Source: a virus
Direction: 5' to 3' (one strand)
IMG/VR virus record: IMGVR_UViG_3300035670_000024
DNA length: 64,000 nt
Position 1 is the first letter of the stretch; each line of letters opens with the position of its first letter. The notes under the pieces were generated by a model. It worked only from the letters and a program-made list of their open reading frames with translations, made no database searches and had not been told where the DNA came from. Positions 38,914 through 47,976 of this stretch are shown here, one piece after another. The translations under genes and the position numbers were made by a program.

Positions 38914-39162
38914 TTATAGACCATCCGTGTCTTCATCATCTTTTATATAGCAAGGAACCCTATCTGGGTCTAACCATTTAGCATACTCAATGTCTTCCAT
39001 TGCTAGAGAACACTGCATACCATTATCAAAAAGATAAATGTCATACCAACGCTTAGTGTAATAATTCTTTTTTTGTAAGCGAAAGTCAGGTTTTCCATTG
39101 ATCTCTAGAATACCCGCTTCAACAAAACGATAACCTTCTCGTTCAAAAAGAACCTTAGTCAT
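38914..39162 (-). CDS. Conserved cyanophage hypothetical protein
   Basis: GKPDFRLQK...DIYLFDN.MQC..AMED. Confidence 0.6.
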   Translation of the reverse strand: MTKVLFEREGYRFVEAGILEINGKPDFRLQKKNYYTKRWYDIYLFDNGMQCSLAMEDIEYAKWLDPDRVPCYIKDDEDTDGL

Positions 39163-39374
39163 CAGACCTCTACAGTTTCAAGATCATTATAAATGTATTC
39201 CATCAGGATTTCATAATCATCCATAGGATCACCAGAAAATACTACACCTTCATTTTCATAATAACGACGAACTTTTTTATAAAGTTTTGGATTTTTTACA
39301 TCCAGATAAATGTCGCCATTAGCGGCAGAACGAAGTGTTTGAATGTCTTTTTTAAATTTGGAAGTGAGAGTCAT
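39162..39374 (-). CDS. Conserved cyanophage hypothetical protein
   Basis: LDVKNPKLYKKVRRYYENEGVVFSGD; TTGACA-17-TATACT promoter upstream. Confidence 0.65.
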   Translation of the reverse strand: MTLTSKFKKDIQTLRSAANGDIYLDVKNPKLYKKVRRYYENEGVVFSGDPMDDYEILMEYIYNDLETVEV

Positions 39375-39447
39375 TGCTTTTCAAGTTGACTTAGTAAGTA
39401 TAGGGTCTTAATGCCTTTCTGTCAAGTGTGACAATTTTCTAAGTGTC

Positions 39448-39660
39448 TCAGCATCCGTCGCCGTGCTCAGTATGAATACGAATGATCTCATCAAGTTCTT
39501 CGCAATCATCTTCGCTACAAGGAACTAACACAGCATCTCCATAATCACTTCTTATAACAAATGATTCTCCATTTTCTACTCGTTCAATGAGTTCATCAAA
39601 ATGAAGTTGAAATTCTTCTACGGTAAAACTTTCCATTTTTTGTAAAACTTTTGATGTCAT
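39448..39660 (-). CDS. Phd/YefM-antitoxin-like small protein
   Basis: FTVEEFQ.HFDELIERVENGESFVI. Confidence 0.5.
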   Translation of the reverse strand: MTSKVLQKMESFTVEEFQLHFDELIERVENGESFVIRSDYGDAVLVPCSEDDCEELDEIIRIHTEHGDGC

Positions 39661-39694
39661 TTTTAATAATTTAGTAAAGTTTCGTTTTTATGAG

Positions 39695-39765
39695 TCGGGA
39701 TGGAAGGTACTGCCCCCTCTTCGCCGCTTCCCAAAAGCGGAGTTATACTTTTCTACTACACCCCG
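39695..39765 (-). tRNA. tRNA-Pro(UGG), non-canonical T-loop
   Basis: CGGGGTG/CATCCCG acceptor; CCGCT-TTTGGGA-AGCGG anticodon arm; T-loop GGCAGTA. Confidence 0.8.
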
Positions 39766-39944
39766 ATACCTCTATGTATAATACCAAATGGTATCAGATT
39801 TGTCAATTACCAATTTCAATCATATTCTTAAGAATCCAAATCGCATGAACAATACCAAATGTAAAGAAAAATCCAATCACACCACTTATATACCCAACAC
39901 GAACTTCGTGCTGCCGTATTTTCTTATCTATAAGTTTTGCAATT

Positions 39945-40142
39945 TCATCCTTGCCCATTTATGAACTCCAAGTATTTCAGTTCAATTTTTGCATCAACTT
40001 CTTTTAAATTTCCAGAGGAAGGCATCCAACCTTCTTTAATTACTTTATCTGCAAATCTATAAGCATAGGTTGATATGGGTACATCTAACCTACGAAGAGA
40101 ACTTAAAATAAATGCTCTTTGCTGAAGAATGTTACTATCCAT
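39945..40142 (-). CDS. Hypothetical protein
   Basis: 65-aa co-oriented ORF. Confidence 0.5.
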   Translation of the reverse strand: MDSNILQQRAFILSSLRRLDVPISTYAYRFADKVIKEGWMPSSGNLKEVDAKIELKYLEFINGQG

Positions 40143-40401
40143 TTTTGTTCCAGAATTTCTCCATAGGATCTCTTTTTGTCTTCACAATTTCACATGCTCT
40201 TTTATAAAACATATTATCAGTGTTACCCGATTCTTCAAAAGTTTCTTTAATTTTCACCCAGTTGGCATAAGTATGATCATCCATTGGGTTTGTGCATAGT
40301 ACTATTATATAATAGTTCCTAGGTTTTCAGTGTCAACAAAATATGTTCATTTAGTAACACTGTTGAAGAAATTGTTAAATTGGTGTTCCATTTTACTAAA
40401 A

Positions 40402-40488
40402 CGGTAGCGGTTGGATTTGAACCAACGGAGGTTTTACCCTCACTTGTTTTCAAGACAAGCGCAATAAACCGGACTCTGCCACGCTACC
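40402..40488 (-). tRNA. tRNA-Ser(UGA)
   Basis: GGTAGCG acceptor; CTTGT-CTTGAAA-ACAAG; long variable arm; GTTCAAATC. Confidence 0.93.
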
Positions 40489-40499
40489 AATAAAAGTCC

Positions 40500-40760
40500 T
40501 CAACGGACTTCAAAATCTAAACGACGAACTTTTCTTTGTCGTCTTGCTTCTTGCCACATAATATCCTCATTTGTAAGGACATTATTCTTTTGCTTCTTAT
40601 TTGGCGAATTTAACATTACTACCTGAGACAGGTCAAGTGCAGTTATATTTGTATTATTTCTTATAGTTGCCATGTTAGGACAACCACAAGAAATGGTTTT
40701 TGCTGGATGACCTTCTATTTCCTTATTACAGGATCTACACCGTATTCGTAAGTTTTCCAT
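40500..40760 (-). CDS. Conserved Zn-ribbon hypothetical protein
   Basis: CRSC...CGCPN; RKVRRLDFEVR. Confidence 0.65.
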   Translation of the reverse strand: MENLRIRCRSCNKEIEGHPAKTISCGCPNMATIRNNTNITALDLSQVVMLNSPNKKQKNNVLTNEDIMWQEARRQRKVRRLDFEVR

Positions 40761-40791
40761 GATATCTTCATATTTCTCCGAGTATTTATAA

Positions 40792-40863
40792 CTCCCCCGG
40801 TAGGATTTGAACCTACGACCAATCGGTTAACAGCCGATAGCTCTGCCGCTGAGCTACAGGGGA
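40792..40863 (-). tRNA. tRNA-Asn(GUU)
   Basis: TCCCCTG acceptor; ATCGG-CTGTTAA-CCGAT; GTTCAAATC. Confidence 0.93.
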
Positions 40864-40883
40864 ATGAGAACCAAAAGATTCAG

Positions 40884-40955
40884 AGCGGGGTATCGGATTT
40901 GAACCGACGACATCTAACTTGGAAGGATAGCGTTCTACCACTGAACTAACCCCGC
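40884..40955 (-). tRNA. tRNA-Gly(UCC)
   Basis: GCGGGGT acceptor; CTTCCAA loop; GTTCAAATC. Confidence 0.92.
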
Positions 40956-40995
40956 ATTTGAGACAATCATAAGGTATTTAACCTAGATTGTCAAG

Positions 40996-41068
40996 TGGAG
41001 AATAGGAGACTTGAACTCCTGACCTTCGCCTTGCAAAGGCGCTGCTCTACCAACTGAGCTAATTCCCC
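40996..41068 (-). tRNA. tRNA-Ala(UGC)
   Basis: GGGGAAT acceptor with G3-U70; TTTGCAA loop. Confidence 0.93.
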
Positions 41069-41144
41069 TGGCAGGCAAGGAGGGACTCGAACCCCCAATC
41101 GACATCTTAGAAGGATGCTGCATTATCCATTATGCTACTTGCCC
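41069..41144 (-). tRNA. tRNA-Arg(UCU), CCA encoded
   Basis: GGGCAAG acceptor; CTTCTAA loop; GTTCGAGTC; ends GCCA. Confidence 0.92.
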
Positions 41145-41227
41145 AAGAGACCCTCTGGGTTGTGCTTCACTTCATAATACTCAACTTATCTAGAATTGTC
41201 AAGTATTATTTTTTTGAAGGATAGGCA

Positions 41228-41428
41228 TAGAGGGTATTGATGGATTATGCGTGTTATATCTCAAGAATATAACAGAGGCATAACCTCTATCAGTAGATAA
41301 GGCAGGTGAGGTATCATCCCGCAGGCGTTCCCATTCTCCTTTTTCTTTCCTTACCTTATCTGACAAGGGAGGCCATTCCCTTGACCTAAGAAACTTAGGA
41401 TTTAGTTGGTGGTCTCTCAACCACCCTC
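41228..41428 (-). ncRNA. Unnamed highly structured RNA (~200 nt)
   Basis: TTGACA-17-TATTCT promoter (41431..41459) followed by five consecutive helices; no convincing CDS. Confidence 0.55.
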
Positions 41429-41455
41429 ATAGAATACCATGGAGGAAGAGGTCTG

Positions 41456-41665
41456 TCAACCCCCCACCTTCGCTTCCTTTCTGGCGTTTTTTTCTTCGGA
41501 AATTTCTGCTCTTCTTTCTTTTGCGAGTTTTGCAATTTCCTGTAGTGCCTTACGAGCACGGGTTCCTGCAGCACCATTGCCATTTACAAACTTTTCATCT
41601 TCAGTTTGCCAAGCTTCAAATGCTTCTGCGATTTTAGTTGCGATTTCAGACATAATAATCTCCAA
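41456..41665 (-). CDS. Histone H1-like (Hc1-family) small DNA-binding protein
   Basis: EKF..GN.AAGTRARKALQEIAKLAKERRAEI. Confidence 0.7.
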   Translation of the reverse strand: MEIIMSEIATKIAEAFEAWQTEDEKFVNGNGAAGTRARKALQEIAKLAKERRAEISEEKNARKEAKVGG

Positions 41666-41698
41666 TAAAAATAAAAGATATGTTTATATATACAAGTT

Positions 41699-42184
41699 TT
41701 ATTGCTCTAAATCTATTTCCCGTGGGTCTGGAGCAACCCAAGCACCACGAATACCCATAGTTCCATCATCAAACTCATAATAAACTGCGTTTTCTACAAT
41801 CAGTTTTTGTAACTTATCATACTTGGGTTTATTAATTTCTTCTAGAATATTCTTGTTTTTCATATTAATTTGACGGTTTTGGTATTCTTCTCTTTCATAA
41901 CGACTGATTGCGTCATCAACTTCTCTACGAACTTTGAATTCAAGTAATTTTGGGTCATTATTAATTCTTTCGTTGAGTTGTCTATCAATCTCATTCAAAA
42001 CATTATTCTCATCGGGTAAGTCAAATTTAATTCCCTTTCTGAGTTCGTTGTAGAACTTCAAAAGGTCTTCTTGACTGATACCACACCTTGTAGTGAGAAA
42101 GGCAATCCCAGAGGCGATTAGAGCAGCAATCAGAGACCTTTTAGGAGACAGTCTAAACCCAACCAAGAATTCAGGTATCTTCAT
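41699..42184 (-). CDS. Hypothetical membrane-anchored protein
   Basis: N-terminal hydrophobic segment plus Cys; coupled operon. Confidence 0.55.
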   Translation of the reverse strand: MKIPEFLVGFRLSPKRSLIAALIASGIAFLTTRCGISQEDLLKFYNELRKGIKFDLPDENNVLNEIDRQLNERINNDPKLLEFKVRREVDDAISRYEREEYQNRQINMKNKNILEEINKPKYDKLQKLIVENAVYYEFDDGTMGIRGAWVAPDPREIDLEQ

Positions 42185-42455
42185 GGTCTTTAAGTGCTTT
42201 CTCTATTGTTCTATCTATACGAAAACGGAGTAATTCGTCATCTTTGATAATATAATCGTTTAGAACATCAACACCAAATTTTAATTGTATTTCGTCAATT
42301 AAATTGAAAAGAAATTTACGGTCTACGAATGGAAGTAGTGATACAACATCTACAGTTCCTTTGAGAAAAAATCCAAGTCTTACATAATGAAAGATATTTC
42401 TTTTTTCTACACCATATTTAAATTCAAAAATATTAAACTTAGATTTCTTGGTCAT
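42171..42455 (-). CDS. Hypothetical protein
   Basis: Overlapping co-oriented ORF. Confidence 0.5.
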   Translation of the reverse strand: MTKKSKFNIFEFKYGVEKRNIFHYVRLGFFLKGTVDVVSLLPFVDRKFLFNLIDEIQLKFGVDVLNDYIIKDDELLRFRIDRTIEKALKDHEDT

Positions 42456-42729
42456 TTAAATACTCCTCTATAGCATTATCAACTATTTCAGAAGGATTAA
42501 TTTTCTTAGAAGGTTCTCTCAGTTTTTTTGTATCAAATGTAATGGTAGGTGTAATATCACCAGTTTCTTCTAACTTAAGTTTCATTCCCAAAGGAGTTCC
42601 TTTTGGTTGAATGTTAACCTGATTGTGTGCTTCTAGTTTAATCTCACCTAACTCAGTATTCACTTTTAAATACTGAGATTTAGCAACTAAATCAATAACC
42701 TGTTCTGGGTCTTCTGGTAGATTACTCAT
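42439..42729 (-). CDS. Hypothetical protein
   Basis: Overlapping co-oriented ORF. Confidence 0.5.
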   Translation of the reverse strand: MSNLPEDPEQVIDLVAKSQYLKVNTELGEIKLEAHNQVNIQPKGTPLGMKLKLEETGDITPTITFDTKKLREPSKKINPSEIVDNAIEEYLNDQEI

Positions 42730-43111
42730 TTAACGGTGCGAGTTCTGATAGGTCTTGTTCTTTTGATGGGTCATATGCCCAAGCATACTGATTTGCGAAT
42801 AAGTATTCACTTGCGGTTAGATTATGTCCTTGAACATAAACCTCACCCAATACTCTTCCATACTTTTCAGACTTATTAGGATTTTGAGTTGCTACAATTA
42901 CCTCTGTTCCAGAGTTGATATACTCCTCAAGTTTATTCTTTGCCCTCAATCCATACTTCTTTACTTCTTCATTTAAAGTCTTAATTTCAGGAGCATTAAT
43001 GTTACTTAAACGAATAAATTGCTTTAGAAAGATATTAAATCCTAAATCAATTGATGCTTCAATTGTATCACCATCAACTACTCTTATATCTTTAATTTTA
43101 TACTGATACAT
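42722..43111 (-). CDS. Thermonuclease (SNase-like)
   Basis: VVDGDTI..DLGF...IRL..INAPE; KYGRVLG. Confidence 0.85.
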   Translation of the reverse strand: MYQYKIKDIRVVDGDTIEASIDLGFNIFLKQFIRLSNINAPEIKTLNEEVKKYGLRAKNKLEEYINSGTEVIVATQNPNKSEKYGRVLGEVYVQGHNLTASEYLFANQYAWAYDPSKEQDLSELAPLNE

Positions 43112-43248
43112 AAGATTCTCTGCTTCTTATATATCTATAAGCCTTATATGTTTTCATCGGTCACAAACCTATTATATAGAGTTTTGATACTTATGTCAAG
43201 TCATTAAAAAAGGAGTGCCGAAGCACTCCTCAGAGTTATATTCAGTTT

Positions 43249-43902
43249 TTATGAACCCACTTCAGTTAGAACTAACTTATTCGCATAATTATACGCATAA
43301 TCGGTTCTGGCACCGTGATGACCCCAACGTATCCACCTTTGAGCAAGACGCATATATTGATTAATGGTCTTGCCTGGTGTCTTCATATAAGGTTCAATCA
43401 TCTTCCAGTCACCCTCATGAAGCATATAATCAAGTTGAGCATCTAGTGAGGAAGGATTAGCACCGATACGTGCTGCGTGTTTCCCTAACCCATAGAACCT
43501 TGGGGCATTAGTCCATTGAATTAGACCATACCCACCACTTCTACAAGAGTTATAGGAAACTCTAGCACCACCTTCGCAGATATTAGGGAAAAATGTTGAT
43601 TCCTGACGAATGTTTCCCATAATGGTTGCGAGGGCATTTCTATCAGTAATTCCACGACTCTGAAGAAATTCTAGAGTACGTGTTTCGTTTGAATTACATC
43701 CTTTACAAACTAGCCTTTTCACTTTAGGCTTTTCGGGAGCAACCTCTTTGGTCGCTGTCTCCTGAGTTTTGTCTTCTTCAGTCAAAATTGCAATTTGTTG
43801 AGTAGCACTTGAAGTAGCAAAACTCGGTGTTGGCAGTGTTGCCGCTGATGTCGCAACCGCACCTAGAAGAGATACGGCTACAGTTGAAAGGTTTCTTAGC
43901 AT
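43249..43902 (-). CDS. Secreted phage-tail-lysozyme-like protein
   Basis: Signal peptide; ALATIMGNIRQES; GGYGLIQWT; QLDYM. Confidence 0.75.
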   Translation of the reverse strand: MLRNLSTVAVSLLGAVATSAATLPTPSFATSSATQQIAILTEEDKTQETATKEVAPEKPKVKRLVCKGCNSNETRTLEFLQSRGITDRNALATIMGNIRQESTFFPNICEGGARVSYNSCRSGGYGLIQWTNAPRFYGLGKHAARIGANPSSLDAQLDYMLHEGDWKMIEPYMKTPGKTINQYMRLAQRWIRWGHHGARTDYAYNYANKLVLTEVGS

Positions 43903-44060
43903 TAATTTTAATAGAACTCTACATCCGTATAGGTAAAGGAGAAGTTCCCCTTCTCAGGGGCAGTACCCACGGCTCTAAATGTCACTTCAAAGACTCATAA
44001 TGATTACCCTACTCATAATAGGGATTTTACATAATAAGTGATTATTTAGGATTTGTCAAG

Positions 44061-44552
44061 TCATCCTCGTCTACCGACTGTTCCACCAGAACGACTTACT
44101 CTAGTCCCTCTGCCTCCAGAAACGGTTCCAAACCTTCCAGAGGTAATTTGGTCAGAAGGACTCGCAGAACCGATTCTACGCCCTCCCTGGCGCATATCAT
44201 GGACTCCTGTTCTCGCCACTCCACTTTCAGTTCCAACTGAACTTGTAGGGGTATCCTTCCCGTGAGTAGCATATCCAGTATTTTTTCTTATCTTACCAGT
44301 TCTCTGCATTCTTGTTGCAGTGGTTTCTGGTTTTGGATCAGTCTCTTTAGAAAGAGTATCAGATCCACTGATTCCTTTTTTTATTTTTGTGAGTCTTTTA
44401 AAAACTTCTGGAGATGGTTTTTGTCTCGCAGTTCTTTCTAAAGTTGCTCTTTTTGCTTTAGCAGTTTCAGATGGACTTTTACCGCTACCTCTTAAAGTAC
44501 CAGTATTCCATTTAATTTCTGCTTCAGCAATAAATTCCCTAAAAGTTCTCAT
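44061..44552 (-). CDS. Basic putative internal virion protein
   Basis: N-terminal MRTFREFIAEA resembles the T4 capsid-targeting sequence; TAAATA late promoter upstream. Confidence 0.6.
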   Translation of the reverse strand: MRTFREFIAEAEIKWNTGTLRGSGKSPSETAKAKRATLERTARQKPSPEVFKRLTKIKKGISGSDTLSKETDPKPETTATRMQRTGKIRKNTGYATHGKDTPTSSVGTESGVARTGVHDMRQGGRRIGSASPSDQITSGRFGTVSGGRGTRVSRSGGTVGRRG

Positions 44553-44573
44553 TTTGACCTTTTTAGGTATTTA

Positions 44574-44981
44574 TTATTTTGTGTCAATTTCCTGTTCTTC
44601 AGTCCATTCAGGATTTTCAATACTAATGTATTCAAACTCATCAACACCATCGGGAATATGAATCCACTCATTGAACTCTGCTTCTAATGCACGAGCATTC
44701 CTATGCCTATCTGACTCATGAAGAAGATCAATTTTCCTCATTGCCCATTCTCTTGCATGATGAATGGATTCACATTCAATTTTCACAGATTCATCCTCAA
44801 TAATGGTTTCATCGGATTCAACAGGTTCATTAGGTTCCTCGGTTGCTTGAGGTTCCGAAACCTCCTCATACTGTACTTGATCTTCTTCTTTTGTCAAGTA
44901 CCGATAAAGTTTTTGTAATGATTTAAAAATTGCCACAGTTGTATTTGAACATGAACCTACTATAGCACGAAATTCCATCAT
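44574..44981 (-). CDS. Hypothetical protein
   Basis: Acidic 135-aa ORF. Confidence 0.5.
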   Translation of the reverse strand: MMEFRAIVGSCSNTTVAIFKSLQKLYRYLTKEEDQVQYEEVSEPQATEEPNEPVESDETIIEDESVKIECESIHHAREWAMRKIDLLHESDRHRNARALEAEFNEWIHIPDGVDEFEYISIENPEWTEEQEIDTK

Positions 44982-45009
44982 AGATAGTCTTATTAGAAAT
45001 ATTTATTGA

Positions 45010-45435
45010 ATGACTTGGAAATATAACAATCAAGAGTTTACGGAAGTACCAAAGGGTATGGAAGGATTTGTTTATCTAATTACAAATCTAACCAACAATA
45101 AAAAGTATATTGGTAAAAAACATTTCTGGACTCGTCAAAAAGATCGTAAGACAGGTCGTAGAAAAACAAAAGAAAGTGATTGGCAAAAATACTTTGGATC
45201 TTGTGATGAACTAATTGAAGATGTAAAAAATCTCGGAGAAGATAAGTTTCTCCGAGAAATACTTTACTTATGTCCTCATAAGAAATCTATGAGTTTTTAT
45301 GAAACTATGGAGCAGTTTAAGAGAGATGTGATTCTTAGAGAAGATTACTATAATACTAATGTTGAAGGTAAATTTTTTAGTAGTGAAGTAGAAAGAATTT
45401 ATGATGTGGTTCTTAAGAGTTCAGGAGATTCTTAG
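45010..45435 (+). CDS. GIY-YIG endonuclease (T4 endonuclease II-like)
   Basis: GFVYLITN...KYIGKK; ESDWQKYFGS; YYNTN. Confidence 0.8.
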   Translation: MTWKYNNQEFTEVPKGMEGFVYLITNLTNNKKYIGKKHFWTRQKDRKTGRRKTKESDWQKYFGSCDELIEDVKNLGEDKFLREILYLCPHKKSMSFYETMEQFKRDVILREDYYNTNVEGKFFSSEVERIYDVVLKSSGDS

Positions 45436-45534
45436 AGACTACAACCTATCTTCAAAGGGAACAAACCTATTATAGCAATAAAAAAAGGGGCCTTGTCAAG
45501 ACCCCTTAGAAATATTATGATTTGAAAAGTGGTT

Positions 45535-46668
45535 TCAATTATTAGAATAATACTTTTCTGGGTCTTCTTGTCTAGACGGTTGCCTTTTTTTATTATAATT
45601 AGATACAATACCCCTGATTGTTTGCCTATCTCCAAGTTCCTTTGCTCTTTTTTTTCGTTCGGCAGCACTTCTTCTTGGAGGCATAGAAGATTGTTCTGCT
45701 TCCTCAATAATACTATCTCTCCACTCTTCACTCATATTTGCCATAATTACGGTTGCTGCCTCTTCAGTATCAGCATATCCTTCATCTAGGAGATGCTCTA
45801 GAACTATATCATAAAGATCTACGGTTTCAAATTCTTCGTCTTCTCTCAATTTCCTTGCAGCGCCAAGAAGTGCTCCACGAAGACCTCTTTTTGCTGCAGT
45901 TCCTACTTCACCAGCGCGGGTTGCAACTGCTGATGCCGCCTGACCAACTCTTCCAGAAACTGATGTTCCTCCACCAGACCCACCACGAGCGGGTGATGTG
46001 AGTGCTTTACCTAATTTTTCAGCACCTCTTTGAACTTTTCCTTTTATTCTAGATGCAATGTCACCAGCAACTCTAGAACGAACTTCTCTTCTTCCAGCAG
46101 ATGTTTTCTGTTTAAATTTAACAGAACCTATACCTTCACCTGATCCTAAAGAAGTTTTTCCACTTTTACTAGGAACTACACCTCTTTTTTCAGCATATTT
46201 TCTTGCTGGTTCATCAACTGCAGCCCTTGCTACTGAAACACCGGACTTAATTGCGCCTTTTATTCCACCTTTTACTTTACTAATTGCACGTTGAATTCTT
46301 TTCTTTCTTGCCTTTTGTCTTTCAATTTTTTGACCTGCTTTCATACGAGCAAGTCTTGCTGCAGCAACTCTTCTTGTTCCAGTTCCAGAAGTTACTTCCG
46401 CTTTACTAGATGTAGGTCTAGTTTCATCACTTGTTACTGTTGCCTCACAAAGAATTTCATCATAAATTTCTTCACTTTCAAAAATTAAATCTACATCATT
46501 AATACTATAACCTTCATCTAAAAGATCATAAATAACCTCTTCTACAATGTCTTCCAGTTCTTCATCGGTTAGTTCATCAATAATATCATAGTCTTCATCT
46601 AAAATTTGATCTCTCAGATCTTCGTCATAAACAGCAGAATATGCTTCGTAAAGTTCTAATGGGTTCAT
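45535..46668 (-). CDS. Putative internal virion protein (acidic-basic-acidic)
   Basis: LYEAYSAVY; repeated LLDEGY motifs; TATAAATA upstream. Confidence 0.6.
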   Translation of the reverse strand: MNPLELYEAYSAVYDEDLRDQILDEDYDIIDELTDEELEDIVEEVIYDLLDEGYSINDVDLIFESEEIYDEILCEATVTSDETRPTSSKAEVTSGTGTRRVAAARLARMKAGQKIERQKARKKRIQRAISKVKGGIKGAIKSGVSVARAAVDEPARKYAEKRGVVPSKSGKTSLGSGEGIGSVKFKQKTSAGRREVRSRVAGDIASRIKGKVQRGAEKLGKALTSPARGGSGGGTSVSGRVGQAASAVATRAGEVGTAAKRGLRGALLGAARKLREDEEFETVDLYDIVLEHLLDEGYADTEEAATVIMANMSEEWRDSIIEEAEQSSMPPRRSAAERKKRAKELGDRQTIRGIVSNYNKKRQPSRQEDPEKYYSNN

Positions 46669-46732
46669 TTCTAATTCTTGTTTACTTTTATTTATTTATA
46701 AAAAAAGAGGGTCTTCTAAGACCCTCAAATAT

Positions 46733-47908
46733 TTATAGTTTAAATCCACTAAAAGTATCAGTTTTCATATCTTGTTTGATACCACCAACCAAATATGAAG
46801 TAATCTCCGTTTCCTGGGGTGCCACCTGAACAGATTTAGAATTGATCCAATGCTGAGTCCAAGGAAGAGGATTATGATTTGCGGCAATATCATAAATTGG
46901 TTTGAGACCAATTGCTTTCATGCGACGATTAGCAATCCACTCAACATACTGCTGAAGAAGTTTATCATTAAGACCAATCATAGAACCATCTTTGAACAGG
47001 TAATCTGCCCATTTCTTTTCTTCATTTACAGCACGATCAAACATTTTATAAACCCATTCTTCCTCTTCCTTTGCAATTGTTTGCATTTCTGGATCATCAC
47101 CCTCCCTCCACTTATTCAGAATGTTCTGAGTAAGTGCTAGGTGTTGATTTTCGTCTCTTGCGATGAGTGATATGATTTTTGCAGATCCTTCCATAAGTTT
47201 GAGTTCACCAAAGGCGAAACTGCAAGCAAAACTAACGTAGAAGCGAATACCTTCAAGAATATTAACGTTTGCGATTGCTCGGTAGAGTTTTCGTTTGACA
47301 TCGTTGAGATTTTCCTTAGCATAAGTGACTCCCTCAAGTCGGTGCTTCCATGATTCGGAAGTACCGTAAAATTGTGCAGAGTTGATGAAGTCATTATATG
47401 ATTCTGTAACGCTCTCAGCACGTTCTAGAATTCTTTCATCGTGAATAATAGTATCAAATACATCTGAAGGGTCTGAATAAACATTCTTGATAATATATGT
47501 GTATGAACGACTATGAATCATCTCCATAAATTCCCACACGGTCATACATGCTTCCAATTCTGGAAGAGAACAGTATGGAAGAAACGCCATTCCAGGCCCA
47601 CGTCCTTGAACAGAATCAAGCATGATTTGATACTTCAAATTTGAAGTATAGATGTGCTTTTGTTCGGGACGAAGTGTTTGATAATCACCACGATCTTTTT
47701 GAAGGGAGACCTCTTCAGGTCTCCAGAAATATCCTAGTTGTTGAGTTGTAAGTTTTTCAAAGATTGGATATTTGTATGAATCATATCTTTGAACTCCTAG
47801 AGGTTTTCCAAAAAACATAGGTTGCTTTTTGGTATTTACTTCTTCCGTATTAAATACGGTCATTCCTTTAATCTTTTCTTCTGTTGTATTCATAAAATTG
47901 AACTGCAT
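46733..47908 (-). CDS. nrdB: Ribonucleotide reductase class Ia beta subunit
   Basis: FWRPEEV; E.IHSRSY; LEGIRFYVSF; IARDENQH; VAPQETEITSY. Confidence 0.96.
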   Translation of the reverse strand: MQFNFMNTTEEKIKGMTVFNTEEVNTKKQPMFFGKPLGVQRYDSYKYPIFEKLTTQQLGYFWRPEEVSLQKDRGDYQTLRPEQKHIYTSNLKYQIMLDSVQGRGPGMAFLPYCSLPELEACMTVWEFMEMIHSRSYTYIIKNVYSDPSDVFDTIIHDERILERAESVTESYNDFINSAQFYGTSESWKHRLEGVTYAKENLNDVKRKLYRAIANVNILEGIRFYVSFACSFAFGELKLMEGSAKIISLIARDENQHLALTQNILNKWREGDDPEMQTIAKEEEEWVYKMFDRAVNEEKKWADYLFKDGSMIGLNDKLLQQYVEWIANRRMKAIGLKPIYDIAANHNPLPWTQHWINSKSVQVAPQETEITSYLVGGIKQDMKTDTFSGFKL

Positions 47909-47976
47909 ACTTCCTCTTTGTTAAACTTTAACTCAACTTCACATAAAATATTTAAGATTTTGAATTGTCATCAAAT

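Noticed and set aside
41199-41420. 73-aa ORF
   Set aside because: TTG start a few nt after the predicted TSS with no RBS; the region is dominated by helices, better explained as ncRNA.
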